In this document: positions 31,065 to 40,537 of the stretch, piece by piece | Numbering within the stretch: the first letter of the stretch is position 1 | Layout: every line of letters begins with the position of its first letter | NCBI GenBank assembly: GCA_963668355.1 | Contig: OY764265.1 | Span: forward strand, 2,016,001-2,080,000 | Direction: 5' to 3' | Length of the DNA stretch: 64,000 nucleotides | Source of the DNA: Bdellovibrionota bacterium | GTDB lineage: Bacteria; Bdellovibrionota_G; JALEGL01; DATDPG01 | Made by a program: the position numbers and the translations under genes | Notes under the pieces: model-generated | What the model was told of the DNA's origin: nothing | Database searches by the model: none | What the model saw: only the letters and a program-made list of their open reading frames with translations

Positions 31065-31081
31065 TTGGCATATAGGTTGCT
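31065..31081 (+). promoter_or_regulatory. Sigma54 promoter
   Basis: TTGGCATATAGGTTGCT, with an AT-rich IHF-like TATCAGCGACTTA just upstream. Confidence 0.75.
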
Positions 31082-31094
31082 ATTTATTCGCGGG

Positions 31095-32873
31095 ATGAAG
31101 CGAGGGGAAAGCCACAGGGTATGGATTTATTTGGGAATCGTGATTTCATTTTGTATTTGGGTGCCGGACACGCACGCGGATCTCGAATCGATCGAGATTG
31201 TTCCTTCGTTCGAAACAGCCGGTCTTTATGTTGAAAGCACACAATCTTCGGATTTTTTGTGGGCCGGAATTCGTTTGGCATCTTCAACTGAAAACTTTCG
31301 TGAAATTCATGATTTTGTGCGATTTGATGCCTCTCATTTAGCCACGACTCTGTTCGATCTCAGTCCCGGAACGGAATACGAAGTTCGTGTACAGCAAGGG
31401 TTGAATGTATATTTCCGTTCCTTTACCACCCGCGAATTTCAATTGCCTGCTCCTCTGCGAATTGTATCCGTTCATTCCAGATCCGAATTAGAAGCCGCAA
31501 TTGGAGGTTCCTTGCCGGGCGATGAGATTCGAATATTTCCTGGAAATTATGGAGGAGATTTCTACCTCACTCGCTCCGGTTCGGAAGATCACCCCGTTGT
31601 TTTGAGCGGGCAGGTTCTTGAGACGGAAAAAGAAAAACCCATTTGGGAAAGGGATGGGCTTCCGGTGTTGAGCCACGGAGATGACTATGGAATTTTCATT
31701 TCCGGGGATCATGTCGTGATCCAAAATCTGCGAATTCAACACAATCACCATGGTGGCATTCGCCTGTTTGGTGCTTTTGGATGTGTTATTCAAGAAAACC
31801 AAATTTATGACAATGAATCGGGAGATTCATCGCTGCGATCGAACGTTTTAATTACGGGAGGGGAAGAGGTTGGAGGTCGTCATCTGATCCAGAACAATCA
31901 TGTCGCAGACTTGGAGCATGATACGCCGTTCGAGGTTGAAGTTAGTGGCGACCCGACCGTAACTTACTATGGAATAAAACAAGATGACGATCCAGGGCCA
32001 GGAACCGTCATCCGAGGAAATCGCATTGAGCAGCACTACGATGGTATTCACGCGTGTGGTGATGAGGATGAGACCTATCTCGTATTGGAAGATTTGAATG
32101 ATGTTTTAGGGGGGCCTCCCTCCAGATGGACCAACCACGATACGGAAGTGTATGACAACGATATTTTTAATCAGAGGGATGACAATCTGGAGACCGATGG
32201 AATCTGTGTGAATGCTAGGTTTTATCGAAATCGCTTGGGGAAAAGTGGCTCTCCTGTGAGCATTGCTCCTGCGTTACCTGGTCCCTATTTCTTTGTCCGA
32301 AACTTGATGGTGGACTTCGAGGGAAGCGCAGTGAAGTTTAATATCGGTGGGGATCGAGGAACGATTCGGAATATCTTTTTCTATCACAATACCATTGTGC
32401 GAACCCAAGAAGATCCGTCTTGGGATAACGCAGTTCTTTACCTCTATGATGGAATTCCCAGTCAGAACATTGTGTTTCGAAATAATATTTTAATGGGGAA
32501 TCATCGGTTGGTGATTATCCAACCCGATTGGATTCATCGTCCTGACATGGATCATAATTTATGGTTTGCCACTGAGGGTGCTCCTGAGGAGCCCTTTATT
32601 CGATGGGGAAATGAGGGCTGGAGTGAGGACTGGGAAGGGTGGAAAGATAGGAGCGGAAATGAAGAGCAGGGGGTGTGGATGAATCCCAGGCTTTCAAACG
32701 GATTTATCCCATCTCCTCAAAGTCCAGTTGTAAACCACTCCAAAGTGCTTCGAATTCCGGGGATCAATGATCTCTATTTTGGTTCGGGTCCTGACTTTGG
32801 TTTTCACGAAGTCTTTGTTCCAAAGAAACCCACACTCTATCGTCCGAACTGTCCTGTCGTTGGGGAACCCTAG
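31095..32873 (+). CDS. Secreted FN3 plus right-handed parallel beta-helix protein (polysaccharide lyase-like fold)
   Basis: Signal peptide, FN3-like DLSPGTEYEVRV, PGDEIRIFPGNY, and repeated IxxNxI turns. Confidence 0.75.
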   Translation: MKRGESHRVWIYLGIVISFCIWVPDTHADLESIEIVPSFETAGLYVESTQSSDFLWAGIRLASSTENFREIHDFVRFDASHLATTLFDLSPGTEYEVRVQQGLNVYFRSFTTREFQLPAPLRIVSVHSRSELEAAIGGSLPGDEIRIFPGNYGGDFYLTRSGSEDHPVVLSGQVLETEKEKPIWERDGLPVLSHGDDYGIFISGDHVVIQNLRIQHNHHGGIRLFGAFGCVIQENQIYDNESGDSSLRSNVLITGGEEVGGRHLIQNNHVADLEHDTPFEVEVSGDPTVTYYGIKQDDDPGPGTVIRGNRIEQHYDGIHACGDEDETYLVLEDLNDVLGGPPSRWTNHDTEVYDNDIFNQRDDNLETDGICVNARFYRNRLGKSGSPVSIAPALPGPYFFVRNLMVDFEGSAVKFNIGGDRGTIRNIFFYHNTIVRTQEDPSWDNAVLYLYDGIPSQNIVFRNNILMGNHRLVIIQPDWIHRPDMDHNLWFATEGAPEEPFIRWGNEGWSEDWEGWKDRSGNEEQGVWMNPRLSNGFIPSPQSPVVNHSKVLRIPGINDLYFGSGPDFGFHEVFVPKKPTLYRPNCPVVGEP

Positions 32874-32876
32874 AGG

Positions 32877-34304
32877 TTAAAACGAGAAAAATGAGTAGCC
32901 GTATCCTGCATAAACCTGAAGAGCAGTATCTTTAGCTTGTTTGAAGGTCCAACGGGGAGGGACTTCATACTCACGGTCCAACCACAGACATTTGGCACCC
33001 ACACACACACGATGTTTTTTCTTGAAGTTAAATACTTCGGCTTCTAATCCAAGCGTCCAGGCATTTTTGTATTGTTCTCGATATTCTAGGCTTAGGTCCG
33101 GACGAGATGGAATGTGTTCCTCATTCACAGAGGCAAAGTTACTCCAAGAAGCGGTTGCGCAGATCGGCCCCAAGACACGAACGGTCGCTTGAATTTCAGC
33201 GATGGAGAGCTTTTCCGCTCCTTCTTTTTCAAAGAAACTCCCGGGAAGTTGAAAACGACAGGTCATCCCAACTCGTTGATTGAATAAAAGCTGAAGTTCC
33301 GGAGTTGAAATGGGACCCGTAGAGTCAATGCGATCCGAGAGATGATCATCCCAACCGGTCATCATATGAAGCGTTCCCCCGACCACAAACTCCCACTTTG
33401 TATCAGAAGGATCTTCCACGGGCTTTTCAGTGGGGTTGGAAGGTTGCTCGTCACCCTTGTTTTCAATATGTGAGACGTCGCCATCGACCGGTTGAAGCAT
33501 CAATTGAACAGGAATGTCAGTTTGTCCTTCGGCCAATTGATACCATGCCACGGTCGGATCATCCTCCAATCCCCATTCCCCGAGTCGTTTTCTTACGACA
33601 TCCTCGAGTTCGGGTTCGGTTTCGGGGATCCAAACAACCAAGGCCTCGTTTGGCGCGTTGGCATGATCAATTATGCCTTCTAGTTGGGTCATCCCGTCTT
33701 CGGATAGCTCTCCCAATTGTCCGTTTTTGGTTCGGATCTGAAAAAAGGTGGGAGGGGATTGCAAGTTCTGCTTGGAAGCCCAATCTTCGATTCTTTGATC
33801 CGCTCGCTGGTCGATGAAGTCTTCCATGTGCGAATGGCGTGTGAGTTCAAAGGTGGTCACAGGCCTAGGGGTAGCTTCGTTCGTTTGATTATTTCCCGGA
33901 AGATATTTGACGAACATGTTTCGTTCGCTTCGAGTCATTCCGATGTACTTTCCAAGCAAGAAATCGATGCCGTCGGCTCCTCTGCCCATGGCCAACCCGC
34001 CATCGAGAGCGTTTTCGACTTCATCGGATTCGATGGAAACCCAATCCACGTTTGAAAAGCCCCCATTTACGACCAGAAAATATTCGGGATGTTTTCGAAG
34101 ACGTTTCAACATTTCGATCAGGGGAGGCGCATCTTTTTTTGTGTAAACGTGATACGTCCCATTTTCCATCACAATGGCGTGGCAAAGAATGATGTTGGGA
34201 TCCCGCTTGTCACAGGGCGTTTGAAAAGATTCCGCCTGAGATCGTTGAGTTCCGACGAACAACAATAAAATAAACATTCCTAAAACAAAAAACCTTGTTT
34301 TCAT
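32877..34304 (-). CDS. Secreted hypothetical protein, possible C-terminal beta-barrel
   Basis: Signal peptide MKTRFFV..SQA and an aromatic C-terminus (YAGYGYSFFSF). Confidence 0.6.
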   Translation of the reverse strand: MKTRFFVLGMFILLLFVGTQRSQAESFQTPCDKRDPNIILCHAIVMENGTYHVYTKKDAPPLIEMLKRLRKHPEYFLVVNGGFSNVDWVSIESDEVENALDGGLAMGRGADGIDFLLGKYIGMTRSERNMFVKYLPGNNQTNEATPRPVTTFELTRHSHMEDFIDQRADQRIEDWASKQNLQSPPTFFQIRTKNGQLGELSEDGMTQLEGIIDHANAPNEALVVWIPETEPELEDVVRKRLGEWGLEDDPTVAWYQLAEGQTDIPVQLMLQPVDGDVSHIENKGDEQPSNPTEKPVEDPSDTKWEFVVGGTLHMMTGWDDHLSDRIDSTGPISTPELQLLFNQRVGMTCRFQLPGSFFEKEGAEKLSIAEIQATVRVLGPICATASWSNFASVNEEHIPSRPDLSLEYREQYKNAWTLGLEAEVFNFKKKHRVCVGAKCLWLDREYEVPPRWTFKQAKDTALQVYAGYGYSFFSF

Positions 34305-34312
34305 CGTACTTC

Positions 34313-35152
34313 CTAATCGGTTGTCGTTTCGTACCAAAGATCAAATGAGAGCCAGTAACCACTGGAACCGTTCGGTTCATCTCGAATCACGATCTGTCCA
34401 TTTTCATTCAAGCTGACAGAGTCACGCCCGACCAAGGTTTCGAGTGAGGATTCAATGATGTAGCTCAAACCCCCATCTTTCTTGTTGGGTAATTCCAGGT
34501 CGAGATCGGCACTGACGCATTCCTGTGTTTCCCAATTGCAGAAGATCCCTTCTTCAAAATGAAATGGGTCCAATTCCCAGGGATTTATTTCTCGCGTGAC
34601 ATTCGAATAATCTGTGATTCGAACGAGAGGGGAGGGATATTCTAAAGGACGTTGGCCGGAGACATGAACGAGGTTCAATACGCCATCTTCAATTCGAAGA
34701 TGATCTTCACGGTCAATCGCAATTTCAACTTCAAGAGTCGCTTTGGCAATTCCGCTAGAGGGGTCATCTCCATTTCCCCCTTCAAGAATGATGTAGTCTC
34801 GCTGGACAATCGCGCTGGGGGTATATCCTTCTAAATAAGCTCTGCAGCGGACCGTCTTAGAAGCCGCTACCCAAAATCCTTGAATGACTTGAATGGAGGC
34901 TTCTGTGGGATCGGAGCCATCAATTGTGCAATATGCAGTGGATCCAGCTGTGGTGGAAGTGATTTCCACGTAGACGGGGTCTTCATACATACCGCTGGAA
35001 GGTGAGATCGTTGGATCGGTTACCTGCGATGTGTTGGTCGACGCGGATTCATTTTGATTCGTATCCGAATTCAAGGTCCGGTCGATGTCCGTTCCACATG
35101 AGAGGGTGAAAAGAAGCGAAATGATGAGAAATGTGTTTTTCAGTCTATTCAT
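34313..35152 (-). CDS. Lipoprotein with chitobiase/Fn3-associated (CHB_HEX_C-like) domain
   Basis: Lipobox TLSC and PTISPSSGMY..YCTIDGSDPT. Confidence 0.75.
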   Translation of the reverse strand: MNRLKNTFLIISLLFTLSCGTDIDRTLNSDTNQNESASTNTSQVTDPTISPSSGMYEDPVYVEITSTTAGSTAYCTIDGSDPTEASIQVIQGFWVAASKTVRCRAYLEGYTPSAIVQRDYIILEGGNGDDPSSGIAKATLEVEIAIDREDHLRIEDGVLNLVHVSGQRPLEYPSPLVRITDYSNVTREINPWELDPFHFEEGIFCNWETQECVSADLDLELPNKKDGGLSYIIESSLETLVGRDSVSLNENGQIVIRDEPNGSSGYWLSFDLWYETTTD

Positions 35153-35241
35153 GGCTTATCTGCTGCGGGCGTATATCATTTATGACGCGTCAAATCAATA
35201 TCTTGACGCGAGGGTGTAAGGATGATAGGCGCGCCTTCCAT

Positions 35242-36357
35242 ATGATGAAGTTCAAACTTTCTTACCTCTTGTTATTATTGAGTTTTTCAACCTCAGCCTG
35301 GGCTCAGGAGGATCCATTTCTCAATCGGATACATCTTTGGGCCGGAGGCGATGCCGGTTATAACCGAATTGCAGCTTCTCGAACCAATGAATTGAGCAAG
35401 GACGGTTATCAACTGGATGTAAGTGGATTTGCCTCAACCTCTCTGGAGGATGTGACGGTCGAACTGGGGGGCGGATGGCTTTATAACGTTTCGGAAGGGG
35501 AGACCTCTACGGGAACCGTTCTGAATGACAAAATCACGACCAAAGCTGGATTTGCCCACTTGGTGGGGCGATATCGAATTTCCCCCGAATGGGAAATCGG
35601 CATGGCCAATCGACTCCTTTTCGGTGCCGACGCTCGTTTCCAAAGTTCTACAGCGGCCGACAATCGCGTCCATTGGTTTGCAGGCTTACAAGGGGTTTAT
35701 CGCGCACCGTTTCGCTTTCCTTTGCAACTGTCCGCGACGGCTCTCACAGATGTGACGGTTTCGGGAAGGCAGATTTATCAGTTTCTCTTCGGTCTTCATG
35801 TCGGTTTTGGCATTTTTGACTTCGGTACGGACGAAACGTTTGCGCCGGTTAAAACCAAAGAAGTTCAGAAAATTAAAGTGGAAAGTGTTGTCCAGCCGGC
35901 ACCGGCTGTACCCGAAGTGGTAACCGTTCAAGTTCAGGTTCCCGAACCCAAACGAACCTATGTATTGGATTTACAGCGCATTCAATTCGATTTTGATAGT
36001 GCGAAGCTAAAACCCCAAGCGAAGGAAATGTTGAAAAAAGTCGGGATGTTCTTGGCGACACATCAGGATGCCTGGAACCACTTGACCATTGAAGGGCATA
36101 CAGATCAGATTGGTTCCAATGCCTATAATTTAAAATTGTCTCAGGCACGTGCGGAAAGCGTGCGAACGGAACTTCTGGCCAATGGTGTAGGAGAAGATGC
36201 TGTTTTGGCCAAAGGTTTGAGTTTTTCCGAGCCCTTGGTTCAAGAAAATACGGCACTGGATCGACAGAAGAATCGAAGAGTGGAGTTTGAGTTCGAGGGC
36301 ATTCAAGATCCGGAAGCGCTCGACGAGTTCTTCCAAAAGATCAATCAAGCATACTGA
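35242..36357 (+). CDS. OmpA family protein
   Basis: Signal peptide, beta-rich N-domain, and IQFDFDSA, IEGHTD, NLKLSQARA, NRRVEF motifs. Confidence 0.92.
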   Translation: MMKFKLSYLLLLLSFSTSAWAQEDPFLNRIHLWAGGDAGYNRIAASRTNELSKDGYQLDVSGFASTSLEDVTVELGGGWLYNVSEGETSTGTVLNDKITTKAGFAHLVGRYRISPEWEIGMANRLLFGADARFQSSTAADNRVHWFAGLQGVYRAPFRFPLQLSATALTDVTVSGRQIYQFLFGLHVGFGIFDFGTDETFAPVKTKEVQKIKVESVVQPAPAVPEVVTVQVQVPEPKRTYVLDLQRIQFDFDSAKLKPQAKEMLKKVGMFLATHQDAWNHLTIEGHTDQIGSNAYNLKLSQARAESVRTELLANGVGEDAVLAKGLSFSEPLVQENTALDRQKNRRVEFEFEGIQDPEALDEFFQKINQAY

Positions 36358-36414
36358 AAACATAAAGCTTTTTGCGGGGGAACCCTCCAAATTTCTGTTT
36401 GTCATTCAGGGGGG

Positions 36415-36435
36415 CAAAGCCGTGACACGGCTTTG
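36415..36435. terminator. Hairpin downstream of ompA (possible terminator)
   Basis: CAAAGCCGT-GAC-ACGGCTTTG, a 9-bp perfect stem. Confidence 0.45.
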
Positions 36436-36477
36436 GAAATGAATCCTTTTTTTCGGCCTTTTTAACCTTTCGAAAAA

Positions 36478-36677
36478 GAAAAACCGAGAAACGCTGCCCT
36501 CCTTCCAGGGACACTTCGTCGCGGGTTACGCCCCGCTCCTCGTTCGGGACTCGGTAACTGTATGTATATAAGCATGGATACAGTCACCTCCCCCGAGGTA
36601 TCGCTTTCGTCCAGGCCAACACGATTCGCATCTTTTCCCGTTTTTGGAATCGACAGACCCGCGTTTCTCGGTTTTTC
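36478..36677 (-). ncRNA. Structured ncRNA candidate, 200 nt (6S RNA-like rod, unassigned)
   Basis: Perfect 17-bp closing inverted repeat and a near-central 11-bp stem (36553-36588). G-U pairs favour the minus strand. No credible ORF. Confidence 0.55.
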
Positions 36678-36791
36678 GTCTGTGAGAGGGGAATGTCAGG
36701 TTTATGGGGGGCTGGGGGTTGCGGAATTGGGGAAACGTGGTAGAAGGGCGGCTCGAAAAAATAGACTACTGAAATCAAAGGAGAGTAGGAA

Positions 36792-37067
36792 ATGGCAAGT
36801 GTATGTGAATTTTCCGGAAAGCGGCCGCTGACCGGGCACAAAGTATCCAATTCAAACCAGAAGACCAAACGTCGACAAATGCCCAATCTTCAGAAGAAGG
36901 CGTTCTACGTTCCTGAGCTGAAAAAATCCTTCACAGTCACGTTGTCCGCTCGGGCGTTGCGTTCCATCGAAAAACAGGGAGGTCTTTCCCAGGCTTTGCG
37001 AAAGGCAAAACCTGAGACATTGTCTTCCAGACTTCAAACCCTTCGCACCCGCATCCAATCAAGCTAA
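36792..37067 (+). CDS. rpmB: 50S ribosomal protein L28
   Basis: MASVCEFSGKRPLTGHKVSNSNQKTKRRQMPNLQ; SD AGGAG. Confidence 0.95.
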   Translation: MASVCEFSGKRPLTGHKVSNSNQKTKRRQMPNLQKKAFYVPELKKSFTVTLSARALRSIEKQGGLSQALRKAKPETLSSRLQTLRTRIQSS

Positions 37068-37079
37068 CGGAGAATATTC

Positions 37080-37319
37080 ATGGAACTCGTCAAAAAGACT
37101 TCTGAGTACAAGATTTTTAAAAAACGATCTGGTCGCTTTTGCGTTCAAAATGAAAAACGAAGCTGGGTCAATGGGGAGGACAAAGTCAAAATTCTCGTAG
37201 GCGAGAAATTGATCAAAGCTGCCATGCCCAAGCCGAAAGAAGAACCCAAAGAAGAGCCTGCTGAAGCCAAAGCCGATGAGGCCAAGGATTCAGAAGCCAA
37301 AACCGAAGAAGAAAAATAA
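37080..37319 (+). CDS. Small hypothetical protein
   Basis: SD GGAG, 79 aa with an acidic EEPK tail. Likely cotranscribed with rpmB. Confidence 0.7.
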   Translation: MELVKKTSEYKIFKKRSGRFCVQNEKRSWVNGEDKVKILVGEKLIKAAMPKPKEEPKEEPAEAKADEAKDSEAKTEEEK

Positions 37320-37355
37320 GTTTTTTCTAAGCTCGGTGAGGGTATAACCCCTTCC

Positions 37356-38408
37356 ATGACAGATCTTCTGGCTCATCACACCACATTTGAACTGGGTGGG
37401 GTCGTGCGGGAAGTGAGAAGGCCTCACACCTTGTCTGCGCTTGAGCAAGAACTACAATCCTTTCACCCCAGTTCCATCTTGATTCTTGGGGCCGGCAGCA
37501 ACGTCTTGGTTTCCGATGAGGGGTTTGATGGAACGTTGATCAAACCGGAACTCAAGGGCATTGAAATTCTGCATCAAGGAAGCCATTCCGTTCGTGTACG
37601 AGTGTATGCCGGAGAAGTTTGGGACGACTGGGTGGCCCATGCTGTGGGTCAAGGTTGGCAAGGAATCGAAAGCTTGAGTGGGATTCCAGGTTGGGTGGGC
37701 GCGGCTCCCATCCAAAACATTGGGGCATATGGTCAAGAAGTCTCTTCGAGCATTTTTGCTGTTCATGCGTTGGAAAAGGGCACGGGGGAAGAGAAAGCAT
37801 TTTCAAAAGACGAATGCCTGTTTGCCTATCGTTCTAGTGCCTTCAAAAAAAGACAAAGCCCTTGGGTTATTTATGCAGTGGATTTTGATTTGAACGTTTC
37901 CAGGACGGCTCGCACGAATCATCCAGAAGTATGCCGAGAACTCGGAGGAGATTCTTCATCGCTTCTGGACTTGAGGAACTCCGTTTTACAAATTCGGAAA
38001 CGAAAGAACATGCTTCTAGATGAGAGGAATTCGAATCGTCGAAGCGCTGGATCGTTTTTTCTCAATCCCATGGTGACTCCTAAACAAGCCTATTTCGTAG
38101 AAGCCGTGTGTGCGAATAACGGATGGGAAGTGCCCGAAAGTTTTCCGACAGAAGATGGCAGAGTTAAGTTGAGTGCTGCGTGGTTGATTGAAAGGTGTGG
38201 GTTTGCAAAAGGATTTTCTTTGGGAAATGCAAGGCTTTCGACCAAACACTGCCTTTCCATTGTGGCTCAAGGACGTGCGACGTCGGTTGACGTGGTGAAA
38301 TTGGCCAAGGAAATTTCGAGTCAGGTCAAAAAGGTCTTTGATGTAGACCTTATTCCCGAACCCACCTTCATCGGGTTTGGACAGAGTTGGGAAAAACTGA
38401 ATTTCTAG
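37356..38408 (+). CDS. murB: UDP-N-acetylenolpyruvoylglucosamine reductase
   Basis: LGAGSNVL, GIPGWVGAAPIQNIGAYG, SAGSFFLNP and KLSAAWLIE motifs. Confidence 0.95.
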   Translation: MTDLLAHHTTFELGGVVREVRRPHTLSALEQELQSFHPSSILILGAGSNVLVSDEGFDGTLIKPELKGIEILHQGSHSVRVRVYAGEVWDDWVAHAVGQGWQGIESLSGIPGWVGAAPIQNIGAYGQEVSSSIFAVHALEKGTGEEKAFSKDECLFAYRSSAFKKRQSPWVIYAVDFDLNVSRTARTNHPEVCRELGGDSSSLLDLRNSVLQIRKRKNMLLDERNSNRRSAGSFFLNPMVTPKQAYFVEAVCANNGWEVPESFPTEDGRVKLSAAWLIERCGFAKGFSLGNARLSTKHCLSIVAQGRATSVDVVKLAKEISSQVKKVFDVDLIPEPTFIGFGQSWEKLNF

Positions 38409-38417
38409 GACGGAATA

Positions 38418-39179
38418 TTACGTCCAAATTCCTGTAGAATTTTCAACCATGTATTTCACAATATCCTTCGATTCATACATGCATTGACCGTCTACAAGTA
38501 GGCAGGGGGCTTGATCTTTTCCCCCTATTCCTTTCAGCTCCTCCAAAAACTCCGGATGATCGTTCACATTGCATACTTCGATGTCTTCTTGAAGGCGACA
38601 ATTGGCCAACGCCAAAAAAGCGGCTTTCGAAAATCCACAGGAACTTTTGATGAAAAGTCTTGCCCCCTTTGCCACTCCTTGAGGAGGCCGGGAGGGTGGA
38701 AGAGTCTTCGCGTACGCTTGGTCGAATTGCTCAACAAAGGTGGCCAAATCTTCGATGTTTCGTTGTCCTCCCGGTGTTACAGAAGAGGCATGTCGGACAA
38801 TGCCCTCCGCATCCACAAACACCGTAGCTCGATCTGTAATTCCTTTCTCTTCCAAATAAAGACCGAACTGTGACGCCATTCCTCCTTTGGGGTGAAAATC
38901 GGCGAGAAGAGGGAGTGAAATGCCTCCCATGCTCTCGGCCCAGTTGGCATGGCAATAAACACTGTCAACGGAAATTCCAAAGACTTGTGTGTGAGCATTT
39001 TTGAATCGATGTTGCAGCGCTTCCAGCGCTGGAATTTCACGGCTTCACGTGGGGGTGAAGTCGAGGGGGTAGAATAAAAGGAGGACGTGTTGTTTCCCTT
39101 TGAACTGGCTCAATGAGAACGTTCGTCCAAACTGGTCGTTCAAAGAAAAATTAGGAGCAGGGGTTCCAGACTCGATCAT
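38418..39179 (-). CDS. Selenocysteine-containing peroxiredoxin (AhpC/AhpE-like) fused to CGFS glutaredoxin domain, 253 aa
   Basis: In-frame TGA (39045-39047) sits at the peroxidatic Cys position (FYPLDFTPT-U-SREIP). The frame continues without stops into GISVDS, LLADFHPKG, RATVFVD, then CGFS and QAPCL..ESKDIV. Confidence 0.85.
39015..39031 (-). promoter_or_regulatory. Bacterial SECIS-like hairpin
   Basis: mRNA CAGCGCU-GGA-AGCGCUG starts 13 nt after the UGA, and the loop begins with G. Confidence 0.7.
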
Positions 39180-39235
39180 GTTCAATGTTTTACGTGAGGT
39201 TTTTATGGGCGACAAGCCCCCTTTTTGGGGGAAGG

Positions 39236-39799
39236 CTACTTCGTGATTTCGACCCAAAACATTCCGCGAAAATCTCCCCGTTTAAAGCCGTGGGCTTGAT
39301 CTTCTGGGTAGCGTGCCATGATCGCTGTTTTGACATCCTCGTCGAGCTTGGTTCCATGACACTTTAAACAAAGGGAGGTGGTGTAAATGGGCTCCACATA
39401 TCCCCACTTTTGTTCTCCCAAGGAGACGAGTTCGGGGGCCTTGGGTTCAATGTTTGAGCTGTTCTTATACTTCTCCAAAAAGGGGATCATCCATTTCTTT
39501 GGCGCATTGTGAGAATTTCGGATTTTGTGACTGGTTCTTCCCACCAAAAAACCATTTTTGGAGTGCTCCTCTGCCATTTCTGGAGCTGCTGAACGGCAGA
39601 ACCCGACCGCTCCGGCAATTCCCCCCTTTGTGACAACCGTAACCAAGGATTTTTTAAGGCCCGAAGCAAACGTTTTTACGATCTTTGCTGCTTCCTCTTT
39701 GACTTCTTGTTCGTCAGGAGAGGCCGATGCGAGAACGGGAATTGCAAAAATGACCAAGAACCAAAAAACAAATTTTTGCATGAAATGAAGTGTAATCAA
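39236..39799 (-). CDS. DUF3365 (Tll0287-like) c-type heme protein
   Basis: Signal peptide, RTSHKIRNSHNAP, CLKCHG and YPEDQAHGFKRGDFRG. Confidence 0.85.
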   Translation of the reverse strand: MITLHFMQKFVFWFLVIFAIPVLASASPDEQEVKEEAAKIVKTFASGLKKSLVTVVTKGGIAGAVGFCRSAAPEMAEEHSKNGFLVGRTSHKIRNSHNAPKKWMIPFLEKYKNSSNIEPKAPELVSLGEQKWGYVEPIYTTSLCLKCHGTKLDEDVKTAIMARYPEDQAHGFKRGDFRGMFWVEITK

Positions 39800-39826
39800 A
39801 AAAAACGAGCGCCACCAGTTTTGACC

Positions 39827-40498
39827 TCATTGCTTTTCCTGAAATTGTTTCAGTGCGTTTTTTAAGTCTGCGTATTTGTTCTCATAGTCTTTCATGGAGC
39901 GCTCAATGACCTCATGAGCCTCATCTCGGTTATACGCATGAGTGATTTCAGTGTTTCTCTTTTTGGTCCCAGGAGCATCTTTATAGGTTAGGAAATAGTG
40001 TTTGAGGCGCTCAATCAGGGCTGGGGGACATTCATATAAGTCCTTCATATGTCCATAAATGGCGTCACCCTTCATGACCGCAATGATTTTGTCATCCGCT
40101 TCTTGCCCATCAATCATTCGTAACCCTCCAATGGGCCTAACTGGGAGCAATATATCCCCATGCGTGATGGATTTTTCCGCCAGCACACAGATGTCCAAAG
40201 GATCTCCGTCTCCAACGATTTGCTCACGGGAAGCTTTTTCCATACAAAACTCGGCGATCAAATCTCCACAATAAGTCTGAGGAATGAGACCGTATAATGT
40301 TGGATAAACATTCGAAAATTTTTGAGGGCGATCCACTTTTAAATGGCCCGAGCCCTTGTCCAACTCATATTTGACCGTGTCCGAGGGAACAATCTCAATA
40401 TAGGCTGTAACGGTTTCTGGCGCCGTATCTCCAATGCTGACTCCGTGCCAGGGATGCGCTTGAAATAGATGGATCAAGAGTTCCTGTTTGATGTTCAT
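39827..40498 (-). CDS. ppa: Inorganic pyrophosphatase (family I)
   Basis: HPWHG, KYELDK, YGLIPQT, GDGDPLDI and DDKIIAV motifs. Confidence 0.93.
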   Translation of the reverse strand: MNIKQELLIHLFQAHPWHGVSIGDTAPETVTAYIEIVPSDTVKYELDKGSGHLKVDRPQKFSNVYPTLYGLIPQTYCGDLIAEFCMEKASREQIVGDGDPLDICVLAEKSITHGDILLPVRPIGGLRMIDGQEADDKIIAVMKGDAIYGHMKDLYECPPALIERLKHYFLTYKDAPGTKKRNTEITHAYNRDEAHEVIERSMKDYENKYADLKNALKQFQEKQ

Positions 40499-40537
40499 GA
40501 CTTTCCTTTCGCTGGAAGTCTAGTCCAGTTTTCCCAC

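Noticed and set aside
38777..39040. 87-aa ORF or frameshift explanation for the split peroxiredoxin
   Set aside because: The two Prx halves are already in the same frame, so UGA read-through explains them without a frameshift.
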